DNA from: Raphidiopsis brookii D9
Lineage (GTDB): Bacteria > Cyanobacteriota > Cyanobacteriia > Cyanobacteriales > Nostocaceae
Length of the DNA: 32,000 nucleotides
Direction of reading: 5' to 3'
Assembly: GCA_000175855.1 (NCBI GenBank)
Contig: ACYB01000035.1
Coordinates: forward strand, 360,001 to 392,000
In this document: positions 19,988-28,071 of the stretch, one piece after another
Position numbering within the stretch: position 1 is the stretch's first letter
How the letters are laid out: each line of letters starts with the position of its first letter
Notes under the pieces: model-generated
What the model saw: the letters and a program-made list of their open reading frames with translations, nothing else
Database searches by the model: none
What the model was told of the DNA's origin: nothing
Translations under genes and position numbers: made by a program

Positions 19988-21340
19988 ATGATGAAAAGTA
20001 CACCTCGTTTATTACAGATGACTAATTCACAGAGAATATACGGGACAATATATAATAGCAAAATTAATAGCAAAATTGCCAAAAGGTATTTAAAAACCTA
20101 TTTGATTGGCAAATCTATCACCCTATCCTGGTTTTTAATTGCCGGTCTATTTAGTCCTACATTCGGGGCAATTAAAAAAGCTGAAATTGTAGGTCTTCCC
20201 AATATTAAGGATGATAGGGTGACAATTAAAATCAAGGTAGAAGGTGAAGGTGCTAGACCTGTGATGGGTTTAGAGAGAAACAATTTCGACTTAAAAGTTG
20301 ATGGTAAAAAACTCAAAATTAAACCCAGGGATTGGAAAAGCCCAGAAGAAACCATACCTCCTAGAGCTTGGATTATTGTATTACTAGACTTTAGTGGTAG
20401 TATGAATCAAATAGATAGTGGAGGTAGTAAAAAAATAGCCGGTGCAATTAATGCGATTCGGGAATTTACGAAGGTTTCTAGTGACAGGGGAGGAGATACA
20501 CAAATCTCTGTGGTTCCTTTCGGTGAAGCAGGAAAAAATTGTCCAGAATATACTGTGAATAAGGATACTCTGGATAAGTTTTTGTCAGCTAGTGATTTTA
20601 AACTGCAAAATAGTTTGGAATATTTATCTGGTTTGAACCCTTGTGGATCCACTAATTTATATCAACCCTTAAAGAAAGCTCTGGAGTTTTTAGGTAATCC
20701 AGAGGATCCACGTTTTACCTTACCGGAAAATTCATCGGAGCCAAACCCAAGACTGTCAATAATTCTTTTATCCGATGGCTATCATAATGCTATGAATGAA
20801 TTTCAAGATTTCAATGAGTTAAAATCTTTATTGCAAAGTTACGAAAATATCACTGTACACACTTTAGGGTATGGATTAACACCAAGCCAATTAGGGATAA
20901 AATATAATCTGAATCGACCAGCTACTCGTCGAGATATCAATGAAGGTAAAGTCCCTGAAGAGGAATTTGTCGATCAACAAAGATTGGCGGAGATTGCTAA
21001 TTTAACAGGTGGAATTGCGGAGTTTTCTGGAGACCAAACAGCAATAGCAGAGAATTTGAAATTATTTCTGAATGCTTTGTTAGGAGAATACCAAATTAGC
21101 TATATCCAACCTAATGCAGAGCGAGGAACTTTACATAAGGTCGAGGTACAAGTTAAGGATGGAAATAAGAAGGTTAACTCAAAGTCCGTGCCATATATTA
21201 TGCCCGTATTCGGGCGATCGCTCCCTTTGGCAAATCGTTTGATTATGGTAACATCAATATTATTTATTCTTATAGTTGGTGGGATATTTCCTTTTCGTTG
21301 GTGGGGGGAACATCTCAAGGGACAAGCACAGGGAGAGTAA
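19988..21340 (+). CDS. von Willebrand factor A domain protein, N-terminal signal/TM and C-terminal TM
   Basis: MIDAS WIIVLLDFSGSMNQID, ISVVPFGEAG, LSIILLSDGYHNAMN, ITVHTLGYG; C-terminal RLIMVTSILFILIVGGIFPFRWW. Confidence 0.85.
   Translation: MMKSTPRLLQMTNSQRIYGTIYNSKINSKIAKRYLKTYLIGKSITLSWFLIAGLFSPTFGAIKKAEIVGLPNIKDDRVTIKIKVEGEGARPVMGLERNNFDLKVDGKKLKIKPRDWKSPEETIPPRAWIIVLLDFSGSMNQIDSGGSKKIAGAINAIREFTKVSSDRGGDTQISVVPFGEAGKNCPEYTVNKDTLDKFLSASDFKLQNSLEYLSGLNPCGSTNLYQPLKKALEFLGNPEDPRFTLPENSSEPNPRLSIILLSDGYHNAMNEFQDFNELKSLLQSYENITVHTLGYGLTPSQLGIKYNLNRPATRRDINEGKVPEEEFVDQQRLAEIANLTGGIAEFSGDQTAIAENLKLFLNALLGEYQISYIQPNAERGTLHKVEVQVKDGNKKVNSKSVPYIMPVFGRSLPLANRLIMVTSILFILIVGGIFPFRWWGEHLKGQAQGE
21170..21267. 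repeat. Parental copy of a 98-bp direct repeat (vWA gene 3' end)
   Basis: 94/98 identical to 22742-22839. Confidence 0.95.
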
Positions 21341-21754
21341 GGTGGTTGGGTTTTTAGGTGATTCCTAGTTAGCTGACCATCAACTTGCCCACCCCACACC
21401 GCGTTCAGTAGAACGATAGTACAACGATGGGTTGGAAATGGGCAACTGGTAACTTGTCTACAGGTTAGAATTAACTGTAGTTTAATTGACTACACTTGAT
21501 CTGATTGAATAGGAATAATCAACAAAATCATTATAACCCAGTGATTTCGAAGGTCTAATTATGACAGACTTTGCTCTAATTCTCAAGGACTTTGTCACGC
21601 AGATTTTTCCTAGGTTACGTACGGAATTAAGGTTCCATCGTAAGTTAGCCAAGGGAGGTCTTAAACCTGACGGAAGTGATATACTAGTTGTTGGATCGGT
21701 TTGCCTCGCAAGGCTATGCTTTGTGCCAGTCACTGCAAGGTCTTCAGCGATCGG

Positions 21755-21866
21755 GGTTCCAATTTCTCTTTATCTCCATAGGAGATTGAAACTGGCGTTT
21801 TTAAAAACCCCAAAAGGGGAATTTTTTAAGAGTTCCAATTTCTCTTTATCTACATAGAAATTTGTT
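21755..21866 (+). CRISPR. Minimal CRISPR array: repeat 21755-21791, spacer 21792-21829 (38 nt), degenerate terminal repeat 21830-21866
   Basis: GTTCCAATTTCTCTTTATCTCCATAGGAGATTGAAAC, 37 nt with TCTCC/GGAGA dyad and GAAAC end. The second copy GTTCCAATTTCTCTTTATCTACATAG... is identical for the first 20 nt and decays at the 3' side. Confidence 0.75.
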
Positions 21867-21983
21867 TACGAACGAGAATTTTATAGTGGTTTCCTCAAGA
21901 GTGATTCCCGGTCTATGGTAGGATTGAAAAGTATGAAAAACAAAAAAGTAAAAAAATGAAACTAAAAATTTGGCATTACTACA

Positions 21984-22394
21984 TTGAACATTGAAGAACA
22001 GGGAGAAAAAGAAGGTCGTCCGGTCATGGAAAAAATTAACTTAACTCTCATACCGGCGAATTTAAGGGCTTGGGAAGGGGAAAACAAAGCACTTGCATTA
22101 TTACCAGATATTCAAAAATTAGTATCAGAAAATGATCAACATCGTTGTTTATATGTTATGGATTCTGTGGGAACAGCCAGGAAATTAAAGCAAGCACTAA
22201 GTCAAATGTTCGGTGGTGAAAATTTGGGAGAAGCACACGGAATAGTACAAGCATCGGAAAAAAAGGATGCCTTAAAAAAAGTTCATACAACAGGAACAAG
22301 TGGCATAGAAGTAGGAATAGATTTTACAGATGAATATTTTAAATATCTACTATTATTTGAAGGAAGAACAAGCTCTCAATTTTTACAACGATAA
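21984..22394 (+). pseudogene. cas3: C-terminal fragment of a CRISPR-associated Cas3 helicase (type I, possibly I-D cas3')
   Basis: RCLYVMDSVGTARKLKQAL..., motif V-like HTTGTSGIEVGIDFTDEYFKYLLLFEGRTSSQFLQR; only 136 aa with a stop at the motif VI position. Confidence 0.6.
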
Positions 22395-22742
22395 AGAAAT
22401 AGAATGTATCATAGGTTTCATAGGACTAAATTTGATGGGTAAAATTTTTATTTGATTGCAAATTCTATCAACGCGAAAATCAAGAAGTTGATTTTTATAT
22501 TTATTGTAATTAAAACACAGTAGATATAGTTTACCCTCTTTACAATCTAAACTTATTGGTTGAACTTGGTGTAGTGAAGGCTTATTTGATCTTTTGCTTG
22601 AGTATAGAAATTCGACTTCTTGAAGAGAACAAATTGCGGATTCTAATTTTTCAATGTTAACACTGTGAGCGCGTAAATCAATTAAATTTTGGGGTGAAAT
22701 GCTAAAGGCTGTACTTTTCTCTAAGAATTTCTTTTGAGAATA
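22383..22742 (-). pseudogene. WYL-domain transcriptional regulator fragment (not in ORF track)
   Basis: Minus-strand open frame: SQKKFLEKSTAFSISPQNLIDLRAHSVNIEKLESAICSLQEVEFLYSSKRSNKPSLHQVQPISLDCKEGKLYLLCFNYNKYKNQLLDFRVDRICNQIKI, matching the WYL pattern (V.P..L....G.WYL..Y......R.FR.DRI). Confidence 0.6.
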
Positions 22743-22839
22743 AGGTTAACTCAAATTCCGTGCCATATATTATACCCGTATTCGGGCGATCGCTCCCTTT
22801 GGTAAATCGTTTGGTTATGGTAACATCAATATTATTTAT
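22742..22839. repeat. 98-bp partial duplication of the vWA gene 3' end, abutting the truncated IS
   Basis: 94/98 identity to 21170-21267, same orientation. Confidence 0.95.
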
Positions 22840-23207
22840 GGCGTTGCACCTGCACGGGATGATGTATAATAAGGGGAAGAATTTTTAGCAGGCGATCGCC
22901 GCGAGGAAGAAATCAAGATGAACTGTCCAAACTGTGATTCCAATAATATTAGAAAAAATGGCCAGAGAAGGGGAAAACAAAATTATCAATGCAAGAATTG
23001 TGGTCGTCAATTTATTGAATCTTATTCTCCTAGAGGTTATTCCCAAGAAGTGAAGGAAGCATGTTTAACCATGTATGTAAATGGGAATGGATTTAGGGCA
23101 ATTGAAAGAATGACTAAAGTAAATCACAATACAGTCATTCGTTGGGTTAAAAAGCTAGGTCATCAGTTACCGGATACTAATAATAATTCCCAAACACCTG
23201 AAGTTTG
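22840..23207 (+). mobile_element. Truncated IS1-like element (5' part of transposase, ORF 22918..23235)
   Basis: Starts GGCGTTGCACCTGCACGGG, identical to the right end of the full copy in inverted orientation. Transposase matches up to QTPEV and then diverges (WALHICGMI). Confidence 0.85.
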
Positions 23208-23314
23208 GGCATTGCATATTTGCGGGATGATTTAAGATTTTCTCCTAATTTGAAAAATTTCTCTTGTAGGACGATTGCGAAGCACTCGGGAGATTGCATT
23301 ATTAATAAAACCCT

Positions 23315-24090
23315 GATAGTCACCCCCAACTTATTGCAGAAAAACTTTTTTCTCTTAGGTAATAAATTAGTAGTTTAATTGAAAAGCATAGCATCTCTTT
23401 TGACTTGGAATAACAAAATGTCTTACGATGTAGTCTAGCTAAATAGTGACGCAAACGACTGTTTTCTCCCTCAACTCTAGTCATTGATGTTTTACTAATA
23501 ATTTGGTCTCCATCGGGAATAAATTTTGGGTAAACTTTATAGCCATCCGTAATCCAAAAATAGGATTTCCAATGCTCTATCTTTTTCCATAATTTGGCAA
23601 ATGTTTTGGCACTTCTATCTCCCACTACATATTGAATAATTCCCGAACGTTTGTTATCTACAACTGTCCAGACCCATATCTTGTTTTTTTTACCAATAAA
23701 TGTTTCCAACTCATCCAGTTGACAAACTTCAGGTGTTTGGGAATTATTATTAGTATCCGGTAACTGATGACCTAGCTTTTTAACCCAACGAATGACTGTA
23801 TTGTGATTTACTTTAGTCATTCTTTCAATTGCCCTAAATCCATTCCCATTTACATACATGGTTAAACATGCTTCCTTCACTTCTTGGGAATAACCTCTAG
23901 GAGAATAAGATTCAATAAATTGACGACCACAATTCTTGCATTGATAATTTTGTTTTCCCCTTCTCTGGCCATTTTTTCTAATATTATTGGAATCACAGTT
24001 TGGACAGTTCATCTTGATTTCTTCCTCGCGGCGATCGCCTGCTAAAAATTCTTCCCCTTATTATACATCATCCCGTGCAGGTGCAACGCC
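23315..24090 (-). mobile_element. Full-length IS1-like insertion sequence, about 776 bp
   Basis: Ends GATAGTCACCCCCAACTTATTG... and ...GTGCAACGCC. Carries a single intact transposase ORF. Confidence 0.75.
23320..24012 (-). CDS. IS1-family transposase (fused InsA zinc-ribbon plus InsB DDE)
   Basis: CPNCDSNNIRKNGQRRGKQNYQCKNCGRQF, HTH RAIERMTKVNHNTVIRWVKK, VCQLDELETFIGKKNKIWVWTVVDN..., YCYSK-like C-terminus. Confidence 0.9.
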   Translation of the reverse strand: MNCPNCDSNNIRKNGQRRGKQNYQCKNCGRQFIESYSPRGYSQEVKEACLTMYVNGNGFRAIERMTKVNHNTVIRWVKKLGHQLPDTNNNSQTPEVCQLDELETFIGKKNKIWVWTVVDNKRSGIIQYVVGDRSAKTFAKLWKKIEHWKSYFWITDGYKVYPKFIPDGDQIISKTSMTRVEGENSRLRHYLARLHRKTFCYSKSKEMLCFSIKLLIYYLREKSFSAISWG

Positions 24091-24168
24091 TGATTTTTCA
24101 TTCTGACCGGTTAGATTTCGTCGCTTATCAATTTTAACAGTCATTTTTTATACGAGTGATATCCCACA

Positions 24169-25008
24169 ATGACTACAGCAAATTTATCGACTAGTCTCCC
24201 GAACAATCTTCTTTCTGCCGAAGAACTACGTAGAATACATGGCTATTGGCGAGCCTGTAACTACTTAGCTGTAGGAATGATTTATCTTCGTGCTAACCCA
24301 TTATTGCGGGAACCATTAGAGGAAGCTCATATTAAGCACCGACTTTTAGGTCACTGGGGAGCATCTCCGGCTTTGAGTTTTTCCTATATCCACCTTAATC
24401 GTCTGATCAACAAATATGATTTGAATGTCCTATTCATGGCAGGCCCAGGTCATGGTGCTCCTGGGGTTATAGGCCCGGTTTACTTAGAAGGAACCTATTC
24501 GGAGGTTTATCCCGATAAAAGTGAAGATATAGAAGGGATGGAAAAACTGTTCCGTTGGTTTTCTTTCCCTGGTGGTATTGGTAGCCACTGTACACCAGAG
24601 TTACCCGGATCAATTCACGAGGGTGGTGAATTAGGCTATAGTCTTGCCCATGCTTATGGCGCGGCCTATGATCATCCCGATTTATTGGTAGCTTGTGTTG
24701 TGGGTGATGGAGAAGCAGAGACAGGACCCTTAGCAACTGCTTGGCATTCTAATAAGTTTCTTAACCCAATTCGAGATGGCGCAGTACTACCGATTTTGAA
24801 TTTGAACGGTTACAAAATTGCCAATCCTTCCATACTGGCGCGCATTTCCCACTCAGAATTAGAGTCTCTATTTCGGGGGTATGGTTATAATCCCTATTGG
24901 GTAGAAGGAGACGACCCAGAAATCATGCACCAGACAATGGCAACTACTTTGGAAAGGTGCTTTCAAGAGATTCGTCACTATCAACAAGATGAGTACAACA
25001 CTGATTGA
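24169..25008 (+). pseudogene. xfp: Truncated phosphoketolase, N-terminal about 280 aa only
   Basis: [90 protein letters not shown]. Full proteins are about 800 aa and no continuation is visible in 25009-25360. Confidence 0.88.
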
Positions 25009-25366
25009 ACAAGCAAGTGGAAAACTTCAGAACAACTGATGGGCGAAGATATCCACTGTGGTTGGTGTTACTGTTGGTCATAATGGGAACAATGAATGGA
25101 TAGGGGGAGGTTGGAAGGTGTAACAATTGAGGATGAACCGATCGATGATGCTACCCCATGAAAAAAACTCCCCACCAGGTGAGGAGCTTTTCTATTCTCT
25201 CTGCTGTTTGGATAGATGGTTTTTTGCTGGTATAATTCACAGGGCGATCGCTTGATTACTTAAACTCTCCATTATACAATCTAGCTGGATGACAGCTTAT
25301 AATGTTGGCATTTGCTGTTTAGATATCTGACAAGCAAACCTTGGAGATTTAGTCCAAATCATTACT

Positions 25367-26887
25367 ATGGTTAAATACTTATCAATGCTATCAATAGCGT
25401 TATCAATCCTGTCTTCTAGCTTCAATCCTCAACTAAATAAGTTAACCTCTTTCCTTAAATCCCAAACTACTGAAGTGTTAGTTAGTAAAACACTACCTGC
25501 TTTTCCTGGAGCTGAGGGTTTTGGGGCCAATGTTACCGGTGGACGAGGTGGGAAAGTCATCTATGTAACTACCACTGCAAACTCCGGTCCGGGATCTCTC
25601 CAGTGGGCAATTGATCAACCGGGTCCTAAGTATATTCTATTCAAAGTTAGCGGACTAATTAACACCCGTATTCATTTGCGAAATGGTGACGTAACCATTG
25701 CTGGGCATACATCTCCTGGAGGAATTACTATTCGGGGGTTTGTTACCGATGAAACCCCCTTTCAGGATCAGGCAATTCGGGCCCCAAGTGACTATGCGGA
25801 AAACTGGATTTTGCAGCATGTTAGTATTCGTCCCGGACTGAATGGACCTAGTGACGATGGTCTGCGCCTTCGATATACCCGCAGAGCAATGGTGGATCAT
25901 GTCTCCGTAGGGAATGCAACCGATGAAGCAGTGGAAATTTCTTATTCCAATAACATCACAATCCAAAATTCTATCCTGGCGGAAACCTTGGGGGGGCATT
26001 CTTTCTATGGAGGAATGCTGATTAACTACTCCAACCCCACCCATGGTTTTGGCTTGGACAATTTATCTATCCACCACAATTTGTTTGTCCGAATTGAGGG
26101 GCGATTACCTGAAGCCTCGCGGGAATCAAGAGCTGCAGCTAGGAGCACCATGAATTTAGAGATATCTAACAATCTTTACTGGGATCCTCGTTTCTTTATA
26201 GCCCTGGGAGCTAATACGGGGCAACTAGTCGATGGTAATAGTCGGCCTTATCCTATTTATTATCGTCTAAATGCAGTAGGTAACTATTTTCGTACTGGCA
26301 GTACCTTTCCCTATGGAATGTGGGATGACCAGATTTTACGAGAAACCTCTGCGTCGGGCAATGAAGTTTATGTGCAAGATAACAAAATAAGTCTGTATCC
26401 AACTCGCTCTGACTATGAACTGTTTTACTGCTGCAATGACTATGCCCAAGAAAAGAATCCTGACAAAACCTCTCGACAAGCTAAGAAAAGAACTTCTCGG
26501 CATAATTTTCCTACCATTACCTACACACCTGCTACTTCCCTACCTATTATGCTGCCGAAACAAGTAGGGGCTTGGCCTCGCGATGGAATGGACAAGCGAT
26601 TGGTGCAACCTATACAAAACAATCGCATTGACACAGCCAATATTAATACTAATTCAGCCAGGGATGCTCTGATTCCTGCTTACCTGGGATCACCGCCTGC
26701 ACCACCAACTGATCGGGACAATGACGGTATGCCCGATGCTTGGGAAATTGCCAGGGGTTTAAATCCCAATTTATCTAATCACAATGGTTACAATCTTTCT
26801 TCTCGTGGTTATACTAATCTTGAGGTTTATCTGCACGAGCTATCAACCAAGATATTAGGCGTTGGATTCCCACGGAATAATCTATAA
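25367..26887 (+). CDS. Secreted pectate lyase-like polysaccharide lyase (right-handed beta-helix)
   Basis: Signal-like N-terminus; FPGAEGFGANVTGGRGGKVIYVTTTANSGPGSLQWAI, TIAGHTSPGGITI, AENWILQHVSIRPG, C-terminal DRDNDGMPDAWEIARGLNPN. Confidence 0.85.
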   Translation: MVKYLSMLSIALSILSSSFNPQLNKLTSFLKSQTTEVLVSKTLPAFPGAEGFGANVTGGRGGKVIYVTTTANSGPGSLQWAIDQPGPKYILFKVSGLINTRIHLRNGDVTIAGHTSPGGITIRGFVTDETPFQDQAIRAPSDYAENWILQHVSIRPGLNGPSDDGLRLRYTRRAMVDHVSVGNATDEAVEISYSNNITIQNSILAETLGGHSFYGGMLINYSNPTHGFGLDNLSIHHNLFVRIEGRLPEASRESRAAARSTMNLEISNNLYWDPRFFIALGANTGQLVDGNSRPYPIYYRLNAVGNYFRTGSTFPYGMWDDQILRETSASGNEVYVQDNKISLYPTRSDYELFYCCNDYAQEKNPDKTSRQAKKRTSRHNFPTITYTPATSLPIMLPKQVGAWPRDGMDKRLVQPIQNNRIDTANINTNSARDALIPAYLGSPPAPPTDRDNDGMPDAWEIARGLNPNLSNHNGYNLSSRGYTNLEVYLHELSTKILGVGFPRNNL

Positions 26888-27040
26888 TGGTATATGCCTT
26901 TCTAAGTTCAATGTGCGCATCATTCCCGATCATTACCAATTGAAGTGGGGTTGGTTTTCAGTCTGAGCAAACGTAACCTCATTAAAGCGAATTGGGAATA
27001 AATTAAGATAAACAATCCTGGTGATTCAATTGGCGATAAG

Positions 27041-27481
27041 ATGCAGAAAGTTGACAAACAACGGAGGAACATGAAAAATTCATCAAGCTACCTGATCCCC
27101 TTTATGACTCTAGTATTAGTAACCCCTGGGATCTTAATCGTAACTGGAACAAGCGCTATTGCCCAATTCTCTGACTGTCAGAAGGCAGTTACCCAAGCTC
27201 AGTTGAATCAATGTGCAGCTATCAACGCAAAAACCGCAGATCAAAAATTAAATGACGCTTATAAGAAAGCCTTGGCAATTTATAAAGGTAAACCCCAAGC
27301 CAAACTTCTAGTAGCTGCGGAAGAAGCGTGGATTAAATATCGGGATGCCAGTTGCGCATTTTCCAGAAGTCGCGTGGAAGGGGGGTCTATTATGCCAATG
27401 GTATATTTAAATTGCCTGGAAAGATTGACTAAGGAACGGACTCAGGAACTTGCAAGATACCAAAAAGAGGGTTCTTTTTAA
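27041..27481 (+). CDS. LprI-family (DUF1311) secreted protein
   Basis: CQKAVTQAQLNQCAAINAKTADQKLNDAYKKAL...LLVAAEEAWIKYRDASCAF preceded by a signal-like hydrophobic segment. Confidence 0.8.
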   Translation: MQKVDKQRRNMKNSSSYLIPFMTLVLVTPGILIVTGTSAIAQFSDCQKAVTQAQLNQCAAINAKTADQKLNDAYKKALAIYKGKPQAKLLVAAEEAWIKYRDASCAFSRSRVEGGSIMPMVYLNCLERLTKERTQELARYQKEGSF

Positions 27482-27635
27482 TCTAGCGTAGGACTGGTGG
27501 TAAGCTGAAAACTGGTCTAAAAGTCTGTCACCTACCAAGCTCCCGTTTGTTTTACGTGTGAACTTGACAAAAGAGATAAGACAAAGCGAATAGTGTAAAT
27601 AAGAATATTGGCAAACTTCAAAATTAATTAATATT

Positions 27636-28061
27636 GTGAGAGTAATTGAAATGTTGATTATTGGTAATACCAAACTCAAAGGTAGAGGTATATTTGCAAA
27701 AAAACGCTTTGTCAAAGGAGAAATTATTGATCGATATCCTGTGGTAGTAATACCATCAGTAGAAGTTCAATTTATTGATCAAACAATTTTGGGTAATTAT
27801 TATTTTGACTGGGAAAATAAAACAGCAGCGATCGCTTTAGGTCTAGGATCTCTAGTCAATCATTCCTATTATCCCAATAGCTTTTATGTAAAGAAATTTA
27901 CTGAAGAAATAGTGGAATTTACTGCTTTACGAAATATAGAAGTAGGAGAAGAAATAACTGCTAATTATAATGGAAATCCTGATAATTTATCTCCAATATG
28001 GTTTGATGTTGCTGAAGAAATATCTTCAATATCAATGACTAACAATCATGGAGTTGATTAA
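27636..28061 (+). CDS. Small SET-domain protein
   Basis: GRGIFAKKRFVKGEIID, LGSLVNHSYYPNSFY, ALRNIEVGEEITANY are the SET core motifs. Confidence 0.82.
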   Translation: MRVIEMLIIGNTKLKGRGIFAKKRFVKGEIIDRYPVVVIPSVEVQFIDQTILGNYYFDWENKTAAIALGLGSLVNHSYYPNSFYVKKFTEEIVEFTALRNIEVGEEITANYNGNPDNLSPIWFDVAEEISSISMTNNHGVD

Positions 28062-28071
28062 CTTTTACTAC

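Noticed and set aside
21482-21733. Minus-strand ORF 21482..21733
   Set aside because: Overlaps the previous ORF antisense, with no domain or RBS support.
21561-21857. ORF 21561..21857 (98 aa)
   Set aside because: Its C-terminal third is a translation of the CRISPR repeat and spacer. No family recognised; likely non-coding debris.
25168-25190. Hairpin CTCCCCACCAGGTGAGGAG + TTTT as a terminator
   Set aside because: Plausible, but the stem has a mismatch or very short loop and the U tract is only 4 nt. Not listed as a feature.
25655-26044. Minus-strand ORF inside the pectate lyase gene
   Set aside because: Fully antisense to a well-supported CDS.
27407-27715. Minus-strand ORF 27407..27715
   Set aside because: Antisense to the end of the LprI-like gene and start of the SET gene; low-complexity hydrophobic translation.
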